This document shows positions 12,831 to 25,379 of a stretch of 64,000 nucleotides of DNA, one piece after another. The notes under the pieces are model-generated. The model saw only the letters and a program-made list of their open reading frames with translations. It was not told the origin of the DNA and made no database searches. Position numbers and translations under genes: made by a program. Positions within the stretch are counted from its first letter, which is position 1; every line of letters starts with the position of its first letter. Origin of the DNA: Cetorhinus maximus (lineage: Eukaryota); assembly GCF_964194155.1 (NCBI RefSeq), contig NC_135900.1, forward strand, positions 71,238,001-71,302,000, given 5' to 3'.

Positions 12831-15496
12831 TTGTTGGACACTCATCTGTTGATGCAACTAGAGAATCTATTACTACTAGAGTAGTTTTTCATTGGAAATT
12901 TTTGTCACCATTTATAATGGAAATTTCTTTGTCTCAAGTTATAATGGCAAGACTCTCAGAACATAGGAACAGGTGTAGGCCCCACTTAGCCCTTTGAGCC
13001 TTTTGAATTCCAGCTCTCTTGATATAAAGGCCAAGATTCCACTAGCCATTTTGATAGCTGGTGGACAAGTACATAAAGCATTTAGAAATTTGTGTCCATG
13101 GACATCCAAATCCTTTTGCTCCTGTACAACTCCTGATCTCTCCCCATTGAGAACATATTTTGATTTAGCTTTCTTGGATTTAAAGTGGTTGACCTTGCAT
13201 TTCTCCGAACTGAACATGACCTATCATAGTTTTGTATACTCATTTAGTCTGTCTAAGCCCCTTTAAAACTTTCTGTTCCCATCCACAATAATCTACCATA
13301 CCTCCTAACCTGGGTGTCATTTGCAAACTTTGCTTTACAACTTCTGTTCCTTCATCCATGTTACTAACATATGTAGTGAAAGGATGAGGCCCTAGTACAT
13401 GTTACCAAAGAACACTAATGCCAGTCATAGCGCATTTCCTTTCTCTTTCTCTGTAGGGTGCGCATGAGGAGACAAGAGACTATGCCTGAGCGAGAGAGAG
13501 AATGGGTGGGTAGCAAATTAGGTTCACGTGGGAATTCAGTGCACGGGGGAAAGAGGTGCTTTAAGTAAGGTTTATTGCAACTTGTAAAGCGTGTTGATTT
13601 ATCAGTAACAGTAAAGTTTATCAATAGTTAGTTTATTAAGTTAAGGCCAAGAAAAATTAAAGTAAGTAAACCAAAGTAAAATAAAGTTAATGCAAGTGAA
13701 GCAAAGTTACGACATGTAGGGCAGCTTAGTCACGTGGAATGTGTCCTGTAGTCCGTGTGAAGTTGTGGATGTTACCGGTGACTTAAACAACCACACATGC
13801 AGCAAGTGTCACCAGCTGCAGAAATTTGAGCTCTGGGTTTCAGAACTCAAGCGGAGCCTGGAGTTGCTGTGGCACACCCGAAAAGTTGAGAGCTACGTGG
13901 ATAGCATGTACAGAGAAGTGGTCACATCGCAGGTTAGGAGCATGGAGGCAGAAAGGGAATGGGTGACCGCTAGGCAGTCCACGAGAACCAAGCAGGTAGT
14001 GCAGGAGTCCCCTAAGGTCTTGCTCGCTAATCAGTTTGCCGTTTTGGATACTGGTGAGGGCGTTGATTTCTTGGAGAAGTGCAGTCAGAGCCAAGTTTGT
14101 GGCACGATGTGTGGCTCAGCTGTACAGGAGGGGAGGAAGAAGTGGAGAAGGGCAGTAGCTGATAGAGAGTCATTAGTTAGAGGAACAGACAGGCATTTCA
14201 GTGGCTGTACATGTAACCCCAGGATGGTATGTTGCCTCCCTGGAGCCAGAGTCAAGGATGTCACAGAGCAGCTACAGGACATTCTGGGGGAGGGTGAACA
14301 GCTAGAAGTAGTGGTCCACACCGATACCAACAACTTAGGTAGGAAGGGAAATGAGGTCCTGAAAGCAGATTTCAGGGAGCTAGGAAGGAGATTGAAAAGC
14401 AGGACCTCTAAAGCAATAATCTCAGGATTACTTCCAGTTCCATGTGCTAGTGAGCATAGAAATAGGAGAATTGAGTAATTGAACATGTAGCTGGAGAACT
14501 GGTGGAGGAAGGAGGACATCAGACTTCTGAGGATTGGAACTGGTTCTGGGACAGGTAGGACTTGCACAAGGCTGCATTTTAGCAGGACTGGGTCTAACAT
14601 CCTTGCAATGAGATTTACTAGTGCTGTTGGTGGGGTGGGGGGGGGGGGGGGGGGGGGGGTGGGGTTTAAAAATTGGATTGGCAGGGGGATGGGAACCTGA
14701 AACGGAGCTCAGATTTGAGGGAAGCAAAACTGGTAAAACGAAATAGAAAAGTAGACGGCAAAAATTGATAACAGACAAAGAATAGGCAAGCATCAAATAG
14801 GATCAGAATAGAGAATGACGTTAAAAGAGCAGAATTAGAGGCACTCTAATGGACGTGGCATTCGCAAAAAGGTTTATGATTTGAATGCACAAATTGAGGT
14901 AAATGGGTATGATTTAATTGTCATAACGGAGATGTGGCTACAGGGTGACCAAGATTGGGAACTGAATATCCAAGGATATTCGGCATTTAGGAGGGATAGG
15001 CAAAAACAAAAAGGTGGGGTAGCACTCCTAATAAGGGACGAGATCAGTACATGAGTAAGAGAGGATCTTAGATCGAAGGATCAAGATAGAATCATTTTGG
15101 ATGGAACTAAGAAACAGCAAAGGTAAGCAAACGTTGATGGGAGTTGTTTATAGGCCACTAAACTAGTGTTAATGTTGGGCACGGTATAAATCAGGAATTT
15201 AGAGATGCATGTAATGTGGGCAATACAGTAATAGTGGGTGACTTCATTTTATAAGTAGACTGGGTTAACCAAATCAGCATTAACACTCTGGAGAAGGAAT
15301 TCCTGGAGAGTGCATAAGATGGGTTTCTGGAGCAGTATGTTGAGAAGCCAACTAGGGATTGGGCCATTTTAGATTTAATGTTATATAATGGGAAAGGGCC
15401 AATTAATAACCTTGTTGTAAATGAACCTTTGGGAAAACTTGACCATGATAGAATTTTGCATTAAGTTTGAATGCATTATAGTTCATTCTGAAACAC

Positions 15497-16352
15497 AGAA
15501 ACTAGGAGCAGGAGTAGGCCATTCGGCCCTTTGAGCCTGCTCCGCCATTCATTATGATCATGGCTGATCATCCAACCCAATAGCCTACTCCAGCTTTCCC
15601 CCCATACCCTTTGATCCCTTTCGCCCCAAGAGCTATATCTAACTCCTTCTTGAAAACATACAATGTTTTGGTCTCAACTACAGTCTGTGGTAACGAATTC
15701 CACAGGCTCACCACTCTGTGGCTGAAGAAATTTCTCTTCATCTTCAGTCCTAAATGGTCTACCCCGTATCCTCAGACTGTGACCCCTGGTTCTGGACTCC
15801 CCCACCATCGTGAACATCCCTCCTGCATCTACTTTATCTAGTCCTGTTAGAATTTTATAGGTTTCTATGAGATCCCCCCTCATTCTTCTGAACTCCAGCG
15901 AATATAATCCTCATTGACTCAATCTCTCCTCATATGTCAGTCCCGCCATCCCAGGAATCAGTCGGGTAAACCTTCGCTGCACTCCCTCTATAGCAAGTAC
16001 ATCCTTCATCAGATAAGGAGACCAAAACTGCACACAATATTCCAGGTGTGGTCTCACCAAGGCCCTGTACAATTGTAGCAAGACATCCCTGTCTCTGTAC
16101 TCGAATCCTCTGGCTACAAAGGCCAACATACCATTTGCCTTCTTTAGCGCCTGCTGCACCTGCATGCTTACCTTCAGTGACTGGTGTACAAGGGCACCCA
16201 GGACTCGTTGCACATTCCCCTCTCTCAATTTATAGCCATTCAGATAATAATCTGCCTTCCTGTTTTTGCTACCAAAATGGATAACCTCACATTTATCCAC
16301 ATTATACTGCATCTGCCTTGTATTTGCCCACTCACTCAGCTTGTCCAAATCA
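15497..16352 (-). mobile_element. Younger 5'-truncated CR1 inserted in inverted orientation inside the 13455-18730 CR1
   Basis: Nearly intact translation QMQYNVDKCEVIHFG...LYRALVRPHLEYCVQFWSP...RGDLIETYKIL. Host endonuclease-region sequence resumes at about 16353. Confidence 0.92.
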
Positions 16353-16997
16353 CACTAGGATCTTAAATCTGAAGAAAGGAAATTTATGATGGGCTAGGTG
16401 GCTATGGTGGATAGGGAAAATACATCAAAAGATTTGATGGTAGGCAGGCAATAGCTAGTATTTAAAGAAATATTACATGGTCTCCAACAGATATATATTC
16501 ATCTAAGTCACAAAAACCCAAAGTGAAAGATAAATCAACCGTGGTTAACGAAAAAAGTTAAAGATTGCATTAGATCAAAGGAAGTGGCTTATAAGGATGC
16601 CAGGAAAAAAAGGTAAACCTGAAGGTTGGGATCCAATTTAGAACCAATGAAAGGAGAACCAAGAAACTCAACTAACAAGATTAAGAAAGGAAAAGAGAAT
16701 ATGAATGCAAACTAGTGAGGAACATAAAGGCAGATTGTAAAAGCTTCTTTAGATACGTGAAAAGGAAAAGATTAGCTAGGACAAATGTGGGCCCATTACA
16801 GGTGGAGACAGGAGAATTTATAGTGGAGAACAGGGAAATGGTGGAGAAACAAAAGTTACTTTGCATCTATTTTCATGGAAGAAGATACAGAAAATCTCCC
16901 AGATATACTAGGTGACCAAGGGACTTATGAAACTGAGGAACTAAAAGAAATTAGTATCAGTAAAAAGGTAATACTTGAAAATTTAACTGGATTGAAG

Positions 16998-17333
16998 GTA
17001 GTCACTGGACTAATAATCCAGAAACCCAGGATAATTCTCTGGGGGCCGGGTTCGAATTCCACCACGGCAGATGGTAAAATTTGAATTCAACAAAAATCCA
17101 GAATTAAAAGTCTGGTGACAACCATGAAACCATTGTCAATTGTTGTAAAAACCCATCTGGTTCACTAATGCCCTTTAGGGAAGGAAATCTGCCGTCCTTA
17201 CCTGGTCTGGCCTACATGCGACTCCAGACCCACAGCAATGCAGTTGACTCTTAAAAATGCCCTCTGAGCGAGGGCAATAAATGCTGGCCCAGCTGGCAAC
17301 GCCCACAACCTATGAACGATTTTTTAAAAAAAA
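16998..17333 (+). mobile_element. SINE inserted in CR1 ORF2
   Basis: GGTTCGAATTCC B-box, the same core and tail as 1225-1548, and it splits the CR1 GLKV|..GPD motif. Confidence 0.85.
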
Positions 17334-19229
17334 TTCTGTGGGCCAGATGAACTTCATCCCAGAGTGTTGAAGGATGTGGCTAGAGAGATAGTGGATGCAC
17401 TAGTGGTTATCTTTAAAAATTCAAAAGATTCTGGGAAGGTTCCTGCAGACTGAAAAGTAGCAAATGTAATGCTACTATTTAAGGGAGGAAGAGGGAGAAT
17501 GGAGAACTATAGACCTGTTAGTTTAATGTCAATGGTAGGGAAAATGTTCGAACCTATTATAAAGGATGTGATAACTGGATATTTCGAAAAAATCAGTAAA
17601 ATTGGGCAGAGTCAGCATGAATTTATGAAAGGGAAATAAAGTTACAGCATATGGGGGAAATATATAGATAAAGAATTGATTAACAGACAGAAAGCAGAGA
17701 GTAGGAATAATCTCTGCTCATTCTCAGGATGGCTGTTACTAGTGGAGTGCCACAAGGATCTATGCTAGGTCTACAGCTGTTCACAATCTATATAAATGAT
17801 TTGGATGTGGGGACCAAATGTAATATTTTCAAATTTGCCGATCATACCAAACTGGGTGGGAATGCAAGTTGTGAGGCGGATGCAAGAGGGCTTCAGGAGG
17901 AATTGGACAGGCTATGTGAATGAGCTAGAACATGGCAGATGATACGTATGAATAAGTGTGCAGTTATTCACTTTGGTAGAAACAGAAAGGCAGAATATTT
18001 CTTAAATGGTGAGATGTTGGGAAGTGCAGGTGTCCAAAGGGACCTGGGTGTCCTTGTTCATGAGTCACCAAAAGCTAGCATGCAGGTGCAGCAAGCAATT
18101 AGGAAGGCGAATGGTATGTTGGCCTTCATTGCAAGGGGATTTGAGTAGTCTTGCTGCAGTTGTATAGAGCCTTGGTGAGACCTCACCTGGAGTATTATGT
18201 ACAATTCTGGTCACCTTATCTAAGGAGGGATATACTTGCCATAGAGGGAGTGCAACGGAAGTTCACCAGGTTAATCCCTGGGATGGCGGGATTGTCTTAT
18301 GAGAAGAGATTGGGGAGACTGGGTCTGTATTCACTAGAGTTTCGAAGAATGATGGTTGACCGCATTGAAACATACAAAATTCTTACAGGGTGTGACAGGG
18401 TACATATCGATAAGGTGTTTCCCCTGGCTGGTGAATCTAAATCCAGGAGCCAATCTCAGGATAAGGGGTAGGCCATTTAAGACCAAGATGAGGAGAAATT
18501 TCTTCACTCAGAGGGTGGTGAATCGTTGGAATTCTCTACCCCAGAGGTCTGTGGAAGCTCAATCTTTGAGGTGTTCAAAATAAAAATCGATAGATTTCTG
18601 GATACTCATGACATCAAGGGATATGGAAATAGCGTGGCAAAAGTGGTGCTGAGGTAGATGATCAGCCATTACCTAATTAAATTATGGAGCAGGCTCAATG
18701 AGCTTAATAACCTACTCCTGTTCCTCTATTTCTGTGACTCCGACCTCCCAAGAAATGATTGACTCATGTCACAAGCTTCCCCCAACTTTGTGTACTTACA
18801 CTTATGGTATGTTGAGGGTCTTAATCATCTGCCTTCTGAAATTCGATACGGACAACACCCATATCACTTCTCTCTGCACCATACCAGTCAACTCCTCAAA
18901 AATTTCAACTCAATTAGCCAGGTATAAACGACCCTTCATAATTAAAGCTAAATCTCCGATCAGCTCACACTTGTCCATCTGCTCAGCCAATCCATTCCTG
19001 ATTAAATCAGTAACTTCCCCACAACCATTAGACTGACTGACCTATAGTTACTTGGTTTCTCCCTCCTTCCTTCCGAAATAATGGAGTGAACATTTTTAAT
19101 TTTCCAATCAAAAGACACAATTGCTGAGTCTACAGCATTGCAGGGAATTAAGGCAAATGCATCTTCAATTTCTTTCCCTATTTTTTTTAAGTTGGACCAG
19201 AAAATATCATGTCCTGGAGATTCTGCACT

Positions 19230-22200
19230 TACTTTCCGGGGGCAAGAGGAGTCAGACCTGCGTGGGAGCACGTTCTGGGCCTGTGAATAAAGAAGAGGCC
19301 AAGGCTCTTACCTTCATTTACCTTCTGGGGCAAGAGGAGTCGAACCTGCATGGGACCACCCTTCCTGAGCTGCTCGGTAGATTTGAGGAAAAGTGCAAGA
19401 GTAACATCACAGGAAAGTTGAGAGTCGATTGGTTCTTGAGCAGCTAATGTTAGGTACTGTGTTGCAACCCCAGTAATTTTGAAAAGCGTAAATTTCTAAA
19501 CTAGCACAGGGAAACTAAGAATTTATAGGCACAGGAGAGGGAGCTGATTTGTGAGTAAGGGCGAAGAATTTCTACTTTCTGCTAATCTCCAGTTTATAAT
19601 TAATACTACAAGAGTGAGGTTAAAGTAAGTGAATGCAAGTAAAAGTAACTAAAGTTAAAGAAAATAAAGTGATTTAGAAGTTTAAGGTTAAGACATGGCA
19701 GGACAGCTCAGCCAAGTGGAATGCCCATCCTGTGGCATGTGTACACTTCTCGTGACCCAGATGAGCCCATGTGCAGGAAGTGTCACCGGCTGCAGAAGCT
19801 CGAGCTCTGCGTTTCAGAGCTTGAGCAGTGGCTGAGGTGCATCTGTGAGGCAGAGAACTATGGATAACACGTTCAGAGAGATGGTCACACCGCAAGTTAG
19901 GGGCAAGCAGGCAGATAGAGAATGGGTGACCACCAGGCAGTCCAAGAGAAACAGGAAGGCAGTGCAGGAGTTCCCAGAGGACTCCTGCACTAGTGGTGCT
20001 CACTAATCGATTTTCCATTCTGGATATTGGTAAGGGCGATGGATCCTTGGGGTACAGCAAGCTAGAGCTAAGCCCGTGGCACCACAGGTGGCCCAGGGGG
20101 GTGGGGGAAGAAGAGCAGAGGGGCAGTACTGATAGGAGATTCCTTAATTAGGGGAACGGACAGCGTTTCTGCGGCCGTCAACATGACCCCAGAGTGGTTT
20201 GTTGCCTCCCTGGTGCTTGAGTCAAGGATGTCACAGAATGGCTGCAGGGCGTTCTTGTGGGGGAGGGTGAATTGCCTGAGGTCGTGGCCCACATTGGTAC
20301 TAACAACATAGGTAGGAGGGGGAATGCGGTCCTGCAACTGGAATTTAGGGAGCTAGGTAGACAATTTGCAAGCAGGACTTCTAAAGTGGCAATCTCCGGA
20401 TTACTCCCAGTGCCACATGCAAGTGAGTATAGAAATAGGAAGATAGACAGATGAATGCGTGGCTGGAAAGATGCTGCAGGAGGGAGGGCTTTAGATTCCT
20501 GGGACACTGGGGCTGGCTCTGGGGGAGATGGCACCTCTACAAGCCGGACAGGTTGCATCTGAATAGAGCCGGGACTGAGTTCCATGCGGGGCATTTTGCC
20601 AGTGCTGTTGAGGAGGGTTTAAACTAACTCAGCAGGGGTGTGGGAAACAGGAGAGAACATTAAAAAGTAATACTAGGGTGCATGAAATGCTGGGAAAGGC
20701 AGAAAGCACTAAAATAGTAAGTTAATAGAGAATAATAAGTTAATAGATGGAATCTGAGTAAGGGAGCAAGTAACCAGGGTTACACTGCATGGAGTATAGT
20801 TAATAAAATTGGGGAGTTACAGGCACAGGTTGCCTTGTGGGATTAGATTTGTGGTGATTACGGAGACCTGGCTTAAGGAAGGGGCAGATCTGGGTGTTAA
20901 ATATGCTTGGTTACAAGGTGTTCAGAAAATATAGGAAAGGGAAAAAAGGTGGAGGGGTGGCATTTTTGGTTAAGGAGAGTATTGCAGCACTGGAGAAAGA
21001 GGATGTGTTAGAGGGTTCAAGGACAGAATTGATTTGGCTAGAGCTAAGGGGTAAGAAGGGTACAATTACATTGCTCGGAGTAATATATAGACCACCAGCT
21101 AGTGGGAAGGATATAGAGGAACAAATCTGCAAGGAAATTACAGAGAGGTGTAAACATCAGAGTAGTTATAATGGGGGGCTTTAATTACCCATATATAGAC
21201 TGGGATAGTGGTAGTGTAAGGGGCAGTGAGGGACAAGCGTTCCTGATTGTGTTCAGGAGAACTTCCTACAGCAGTATGTGTCCAGTCCAACAAGAAACTG
21301 CTAGACCTGGTTCTTGGGAATGAAGTGGGCCAGGTAGATCAAGTGACAATGGGGGAAGATTTAGGGGACAGTGATCATTGTATCATAAGGTTTAGTATGA
21401 CGGTGGAAAATGACATTGGTCAATCCAGAGTAAGATAGACGGACAGACTGGAACCAAAGGTTGGCGAGAAAAACAATAGCTGAACAAAGAGGAGATGGTT
21501 TGGGCACATCAAGGTACATTTCCTCAAAAGGGAAGAGTGGGACAAACAAATCCAGAGCTCCCTGGGTGACAAAGAAGATAAAAAATTAAGTTAAAGAAAA
21601 AGTGTGCTGACGACAGGTGTCAGGTAGCAAATGCAATTGAGAACCAAGCTGAATACAGAAGGTTCAGGAGGGATGTGAAAAAGCAAATACGAGAAGCAAA
21701 GGGGGATTATGAAAAAAGACTGGCAGCTAACAAAAAAGAAAATCCCAAAGTTTTCTATAAGTACATCAATAGTAGAAGGGTGGTAAAAGGAGGAGTATGG
21801 ACGATTAGGGGCCAAAAAGGTGATTTACACATAGAGGCAAGACGCATCGCTGAGGTGTTAAATGAATACTTTGCATCTGTCTTTACCTAGAGACAGATGT
21901 TGTCCAGGCCATGGTGACAGAGGAAGAACCTCAGTCACTAGAAGGTTTAGAATTGATAAGGAAGAGGTATTGGATAAGCTGTTGGTACATGAAGTTGATA
22001 AGGCACCGGGGCCGGATGAGATGCATCCAAGAATATTGAAGGAAGTGAGAGTGGAAATTGCAGAGGCACTGGCAACAATCTTTGATGTTCCCTGGATTCG
22101 GGGGAGGTGCTGGAGGACTGGAGAATTGCAAACATTTCGCCCTTGTTCAAAAAAGGTTGTAAAGATCTGCCCTGCAATTACAGACCAGTCAGTTTAATTT

Positions 22201-23465
22201 TAATTGTGGGGAAACTTCTAGAAACAATTACTTGGGATAGAATTAATAATCACATGGAAAAATGTGGATTGATTCGCAAGAATCAGCATGGATTTGTTAA
22301 AGGAAGATCGTGTCTAACTAATTTGCTGGAGTTTTTTTGAAGAGGTGACAGAGATGGTTGATGAGGGCAAGGCCGTTGATGTAGTTTATATAGACTTCCT
22401 AAAGGCATTCAATACAGTGCCACACAACAGACTTGTGAGGAAAGTTATAGATCATGGAATAAAAGGGACAGTATCAACATGGATACAAAATTGGCTGAGG
22501 GATAGGAAGCAGAGAGTAATGGTTAATGGGTATTTTTCAGGCTGGAAGAAGGTTTGTAGTGGAGTTCACTGGGGTCAGTATTGGGACCCTTGCTTTTCCT
22601 GATATACACACACATTTATATTATATATATACATTTATTTATATTATATATATATTATTTATATATATATTATATATATATTATATATGAGGTGATACAC
22701 ATTGGTACAAAGAATACAGAGATACAGTATAAAATAAAGGGTATTATTCTAAAAGGTGTGCAGGAGCAGAGGGACCTGGGTGTATATGTACATAAGTCGT
22801 TAAAGCTGGCAGGATAGGTAGAGAGATCAGTTTCGAAGGTATACAGTGTTCTAGGCTTTATTAAATAGGGGCACAGAGTACAAGAGCAGGGAGGTTATGA
22901 TGAACTTATATAAGACACTGGTTAGCTGGAGTATTGTATACAGTTCTGGTCGCCACCCTATACGAAGGATGTGAACGCAATTCGGCGGGGCGGGGGGGGG
23001 GGGCGGAAGAGAGAGCAGAACAGGTTTACGAGAATGGTTCACGTCAGTTATGAGGAAAGGTTGGAGAAGTTGGGACTGTTTTCCTTGGAGAGGAGAAGGC
23101 TAAGAGGAGATTTGATAGAAGTTTTCAAAATCATGAGGGGTCTGGGCAGAGTAGATCGGGAGAAATGGCTTCTGCTCGTGAACTGATCGAGAACCTGAGG
23201 GCACAGTTTTAAGTGTTTTGCAAAAGAAGCAAATGCGAAGTGAGAAAAAATTTTTTCACACAGCGAGTAGTTAGGGTTTGGAATGCACTGCCTGGAAGTG
23301 TGGAGGCAGGTTCAATTGAGGCTTTCAAGAGGCCACTGGATGATTATTTAAATAGAAACAATGTGCAGGGTTACAGAGAAAAGGAACTAAATTAAAATGC
23401 TCAAGGAGCCGGTGCAGACATAGTAGGCTGAATGGCCTCCTTCGGCAATATGACAATTTTGTGAT
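19230..23465 (+). mobile_element. Near full-length decayed CR1 LINE
   Basis: ORF1 VAHIGTNNIG and ISGLLPVP; endonuclease GGGVAFLVK and LGVIYRPP; RT PGPDEMHPRILKE, QHGFVKGRSCLTNLLEFF and RRLRGDLIEVFK. Confidence 0.92.
22602..22689. repeat. (TA)-rich low-complexity tract inside CR1 RT
   Basis: About 88 bp of imperfect TA repeats between LFLIY and EVIHIG. Confidence 0.9.
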
Positions 23466-24137
23466 TTTCCTCCAGTTCCATTAGTTTTGCCACCACCAGA
23501 TTTTTAAAAAAAAACTTATACTAAAACCATTAACTTCCAGCTGTTGACATTTTTGCATTCCCTTCTATCGTCACTGGTTGCATTTCCCCATGCCTTTCAT
23601 CATGTTCTCCCTTTTCTTCTGCATCCTCATCCTTCCAGCCCTGCTCTAGTTCACAATGGTTTGGCCTGGCTGCGCTTTTTAATATCTTCAGCCTCTGACC
23701 TCATTCCATCTCCCATGTCAACCCCTGAAATACCAGAGTTCTTTGGCCCAACTCCCTGTTATTCTGATCCCAGCTGTGCAACATTGCAGTATGGACCTGC
23801 TCTTCATCCTCCAAGCCCTATTCACTCTCCCCTGCCGATACCCGAAATATCCCAGCTCTCGGGACCCACTCTTGTAGCTGGCAGACCCCTTTCTACCATG
23901 TTAAAGGTCTACTCCTGCTCTTCAGCCTCCGGCACATTCCTTTCCCCTTCCTGGCCCCTACGCCAAGCTTCATAAGTCCATTATTGGCCCTACCCAGGAA
24001 TCAACTTTTAAAATGCTGAGTGGGATTCCTTAAATGGTCCCATTCCCAAATTTGAGAAAGTCCCAATTATTTAATGTATTTCTAATTTAAATTACAGCAG
24101 CATCACTGGAGAATTGGAAACTATTAACAACAAAATG

Positions 24138-24535
24138 TTAGCTTAGATCAGCGATAGCAGACTTGCCCCCAAGTCAGCAGATTATGGGATCAAGCCTCAC
24201 TCCAGGACCTGAACACAATCGAAACTGGCACCTGAATGCAGTTCTGTGGGAACACTTCACTGTCAGAAATTCCGTCTTTTGAGTGAGATGGTAAATCAAG
24301 TTCCAAATGCCTGTTGATACTACTTGAAAGAGAGGAGAGTTATCTGCACATCCTGGTCAACATTTATCTCTCAACAACATCACAATAAATTAACTGGGCT
24401 GATCTTGTTGCGATTTGTGAGACTATGCTGTACATAAGTTGACTGCAACCTTCAGTCACTCAACAGTAACTACACTTTTAACAGGAAACACTTTGGGACA
24501 TTCTGAAAAGACTGCAGAATTGCAAGTTCATTTAT
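24138..24535 (+). mobile_element. DeuSINE/SacSINE1-like SINE
   Basis: Degenerate tRNA head (GGATCAAGCCTCACTCCAG), core CATCCTGGTCAACATTTATCTCTCAAC and L2-type tail CACTTTGGGACATTCTGA...TGCAAGTTC. Confidence 0.65.
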
Positions 24536-25179
24536 TCCTTTGTATGAAAGAAACTGCTCTTGAATGGCAAGTCAGAATTTCATACTATGAAAAGAAAACT
24601 AACTAATCAAACCACTCAATGATACAAATTTCAAAAGTAAAAACATGTAAAAGTATGCACAAAACTTAATTAAATAAAGTCAACAAAGAATTCAGGAGCA
24701 AGTGAGTGGTGAAAATGTGGTGAAAATGTGGTACAATGTGGACCGGTTGAGACAAATAACACTTAAGGGGGCTAGGTAGATTGGAGGAAGAAAGGAAATG
24801 AAGAATATGTTGATACGGCAAGGCGAAACAAGGGAGGATGTTTACATGAAGCATATATAGTGGCACAGTTGGGTCAAATTTCAGTGCTGTAAAATTCTAT
24901 GCAAGTTTGCATCTGAGTAATTTCTTGAACATTTTTAGCTGAAGGCCTCTCCTAAAAGTTTGGTCTTGCATTTGAGTTATGTCTAGAATTTTGGCTCTGC
25001 TATCTGAAAGTTGATCTCTGGGCAAGGGCAGATGAACATTGCACTTAATTTCCCAGGATGCACAATGAATATTTAGTCATTCCAACTGCTTGAACACTTT
25101 TCCTTCAAGCTTTCAACAGAACCTGTTGTTTTTCAAAATTATTTGAGCAAAAGTTTAAGGATTGTTTTGAAAAGCGTCA

Positions 25180-25379
25180 NNNNNNNNNNNNNNNNNNNNN
25201 NNNNNNNNNNNNNNNNNNNNNNNNNNNNNNNNNNNNNNNNNNNNNNNNNNNNNNNNNNNNNNNNNNNNNNNNNNNNNNNNNNNNNNNNNNNNNNNNNNNN
25301 NNNNNNNNNNNNNNNNNNNNNNNNNNNNNNNNNNNNNNNNNNNNNNNNNNNNNNNNNNNNNNNNNNNNNNNNNNNNNNN
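25180..25379. other. Assembly gap (200 N)
   Basis: A run of exactly 200 N. Confidence 0.99.

Larger units (their letters stand above)
13455..18730 (+). mobile_element. Near full-length decayed CR1 LINE (5'UTR, zinc-finger/coiled-coil/esterase ORF1, APE-RT ORF2)
   Basis: ORF1 13741-14478 has CSKCHQL, CCLPGARVKDV, VHTDTNN and ISGLLPVP. ORF2 remnants include SGVPQGSMLG, FKFADHTKLGG and LYRALVRPHLEY. Many stops and frameshifts. Confidence 0.92.
12958..19225 (-). mobile_element. Old CR1 RT fragment in two pieces (12958-13440 and 18735-19225), separated by a younger CR1
   Basis: EKCKVNHF...ILAFISRELEFK on the left and EKPSNYRSVSLMVVGKLL on the right are colinear on the minus strand across the insert. 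Confidence 0.7.

Noticed and set aside
13741-14478. 245-aa esterase-like ORF as a domesticated gene
   Set aside because: It is CR1 ORF1 with a premature stop and degenerate catalytic blocks, inside a decayed element.
14630-14665. Long G run (possible G-quadruplex)
   Set aside because: It is an expansion of the GGGG tract at the end of CR1 ORF1. Homopolymer length is error-prone and there is no sign of function.
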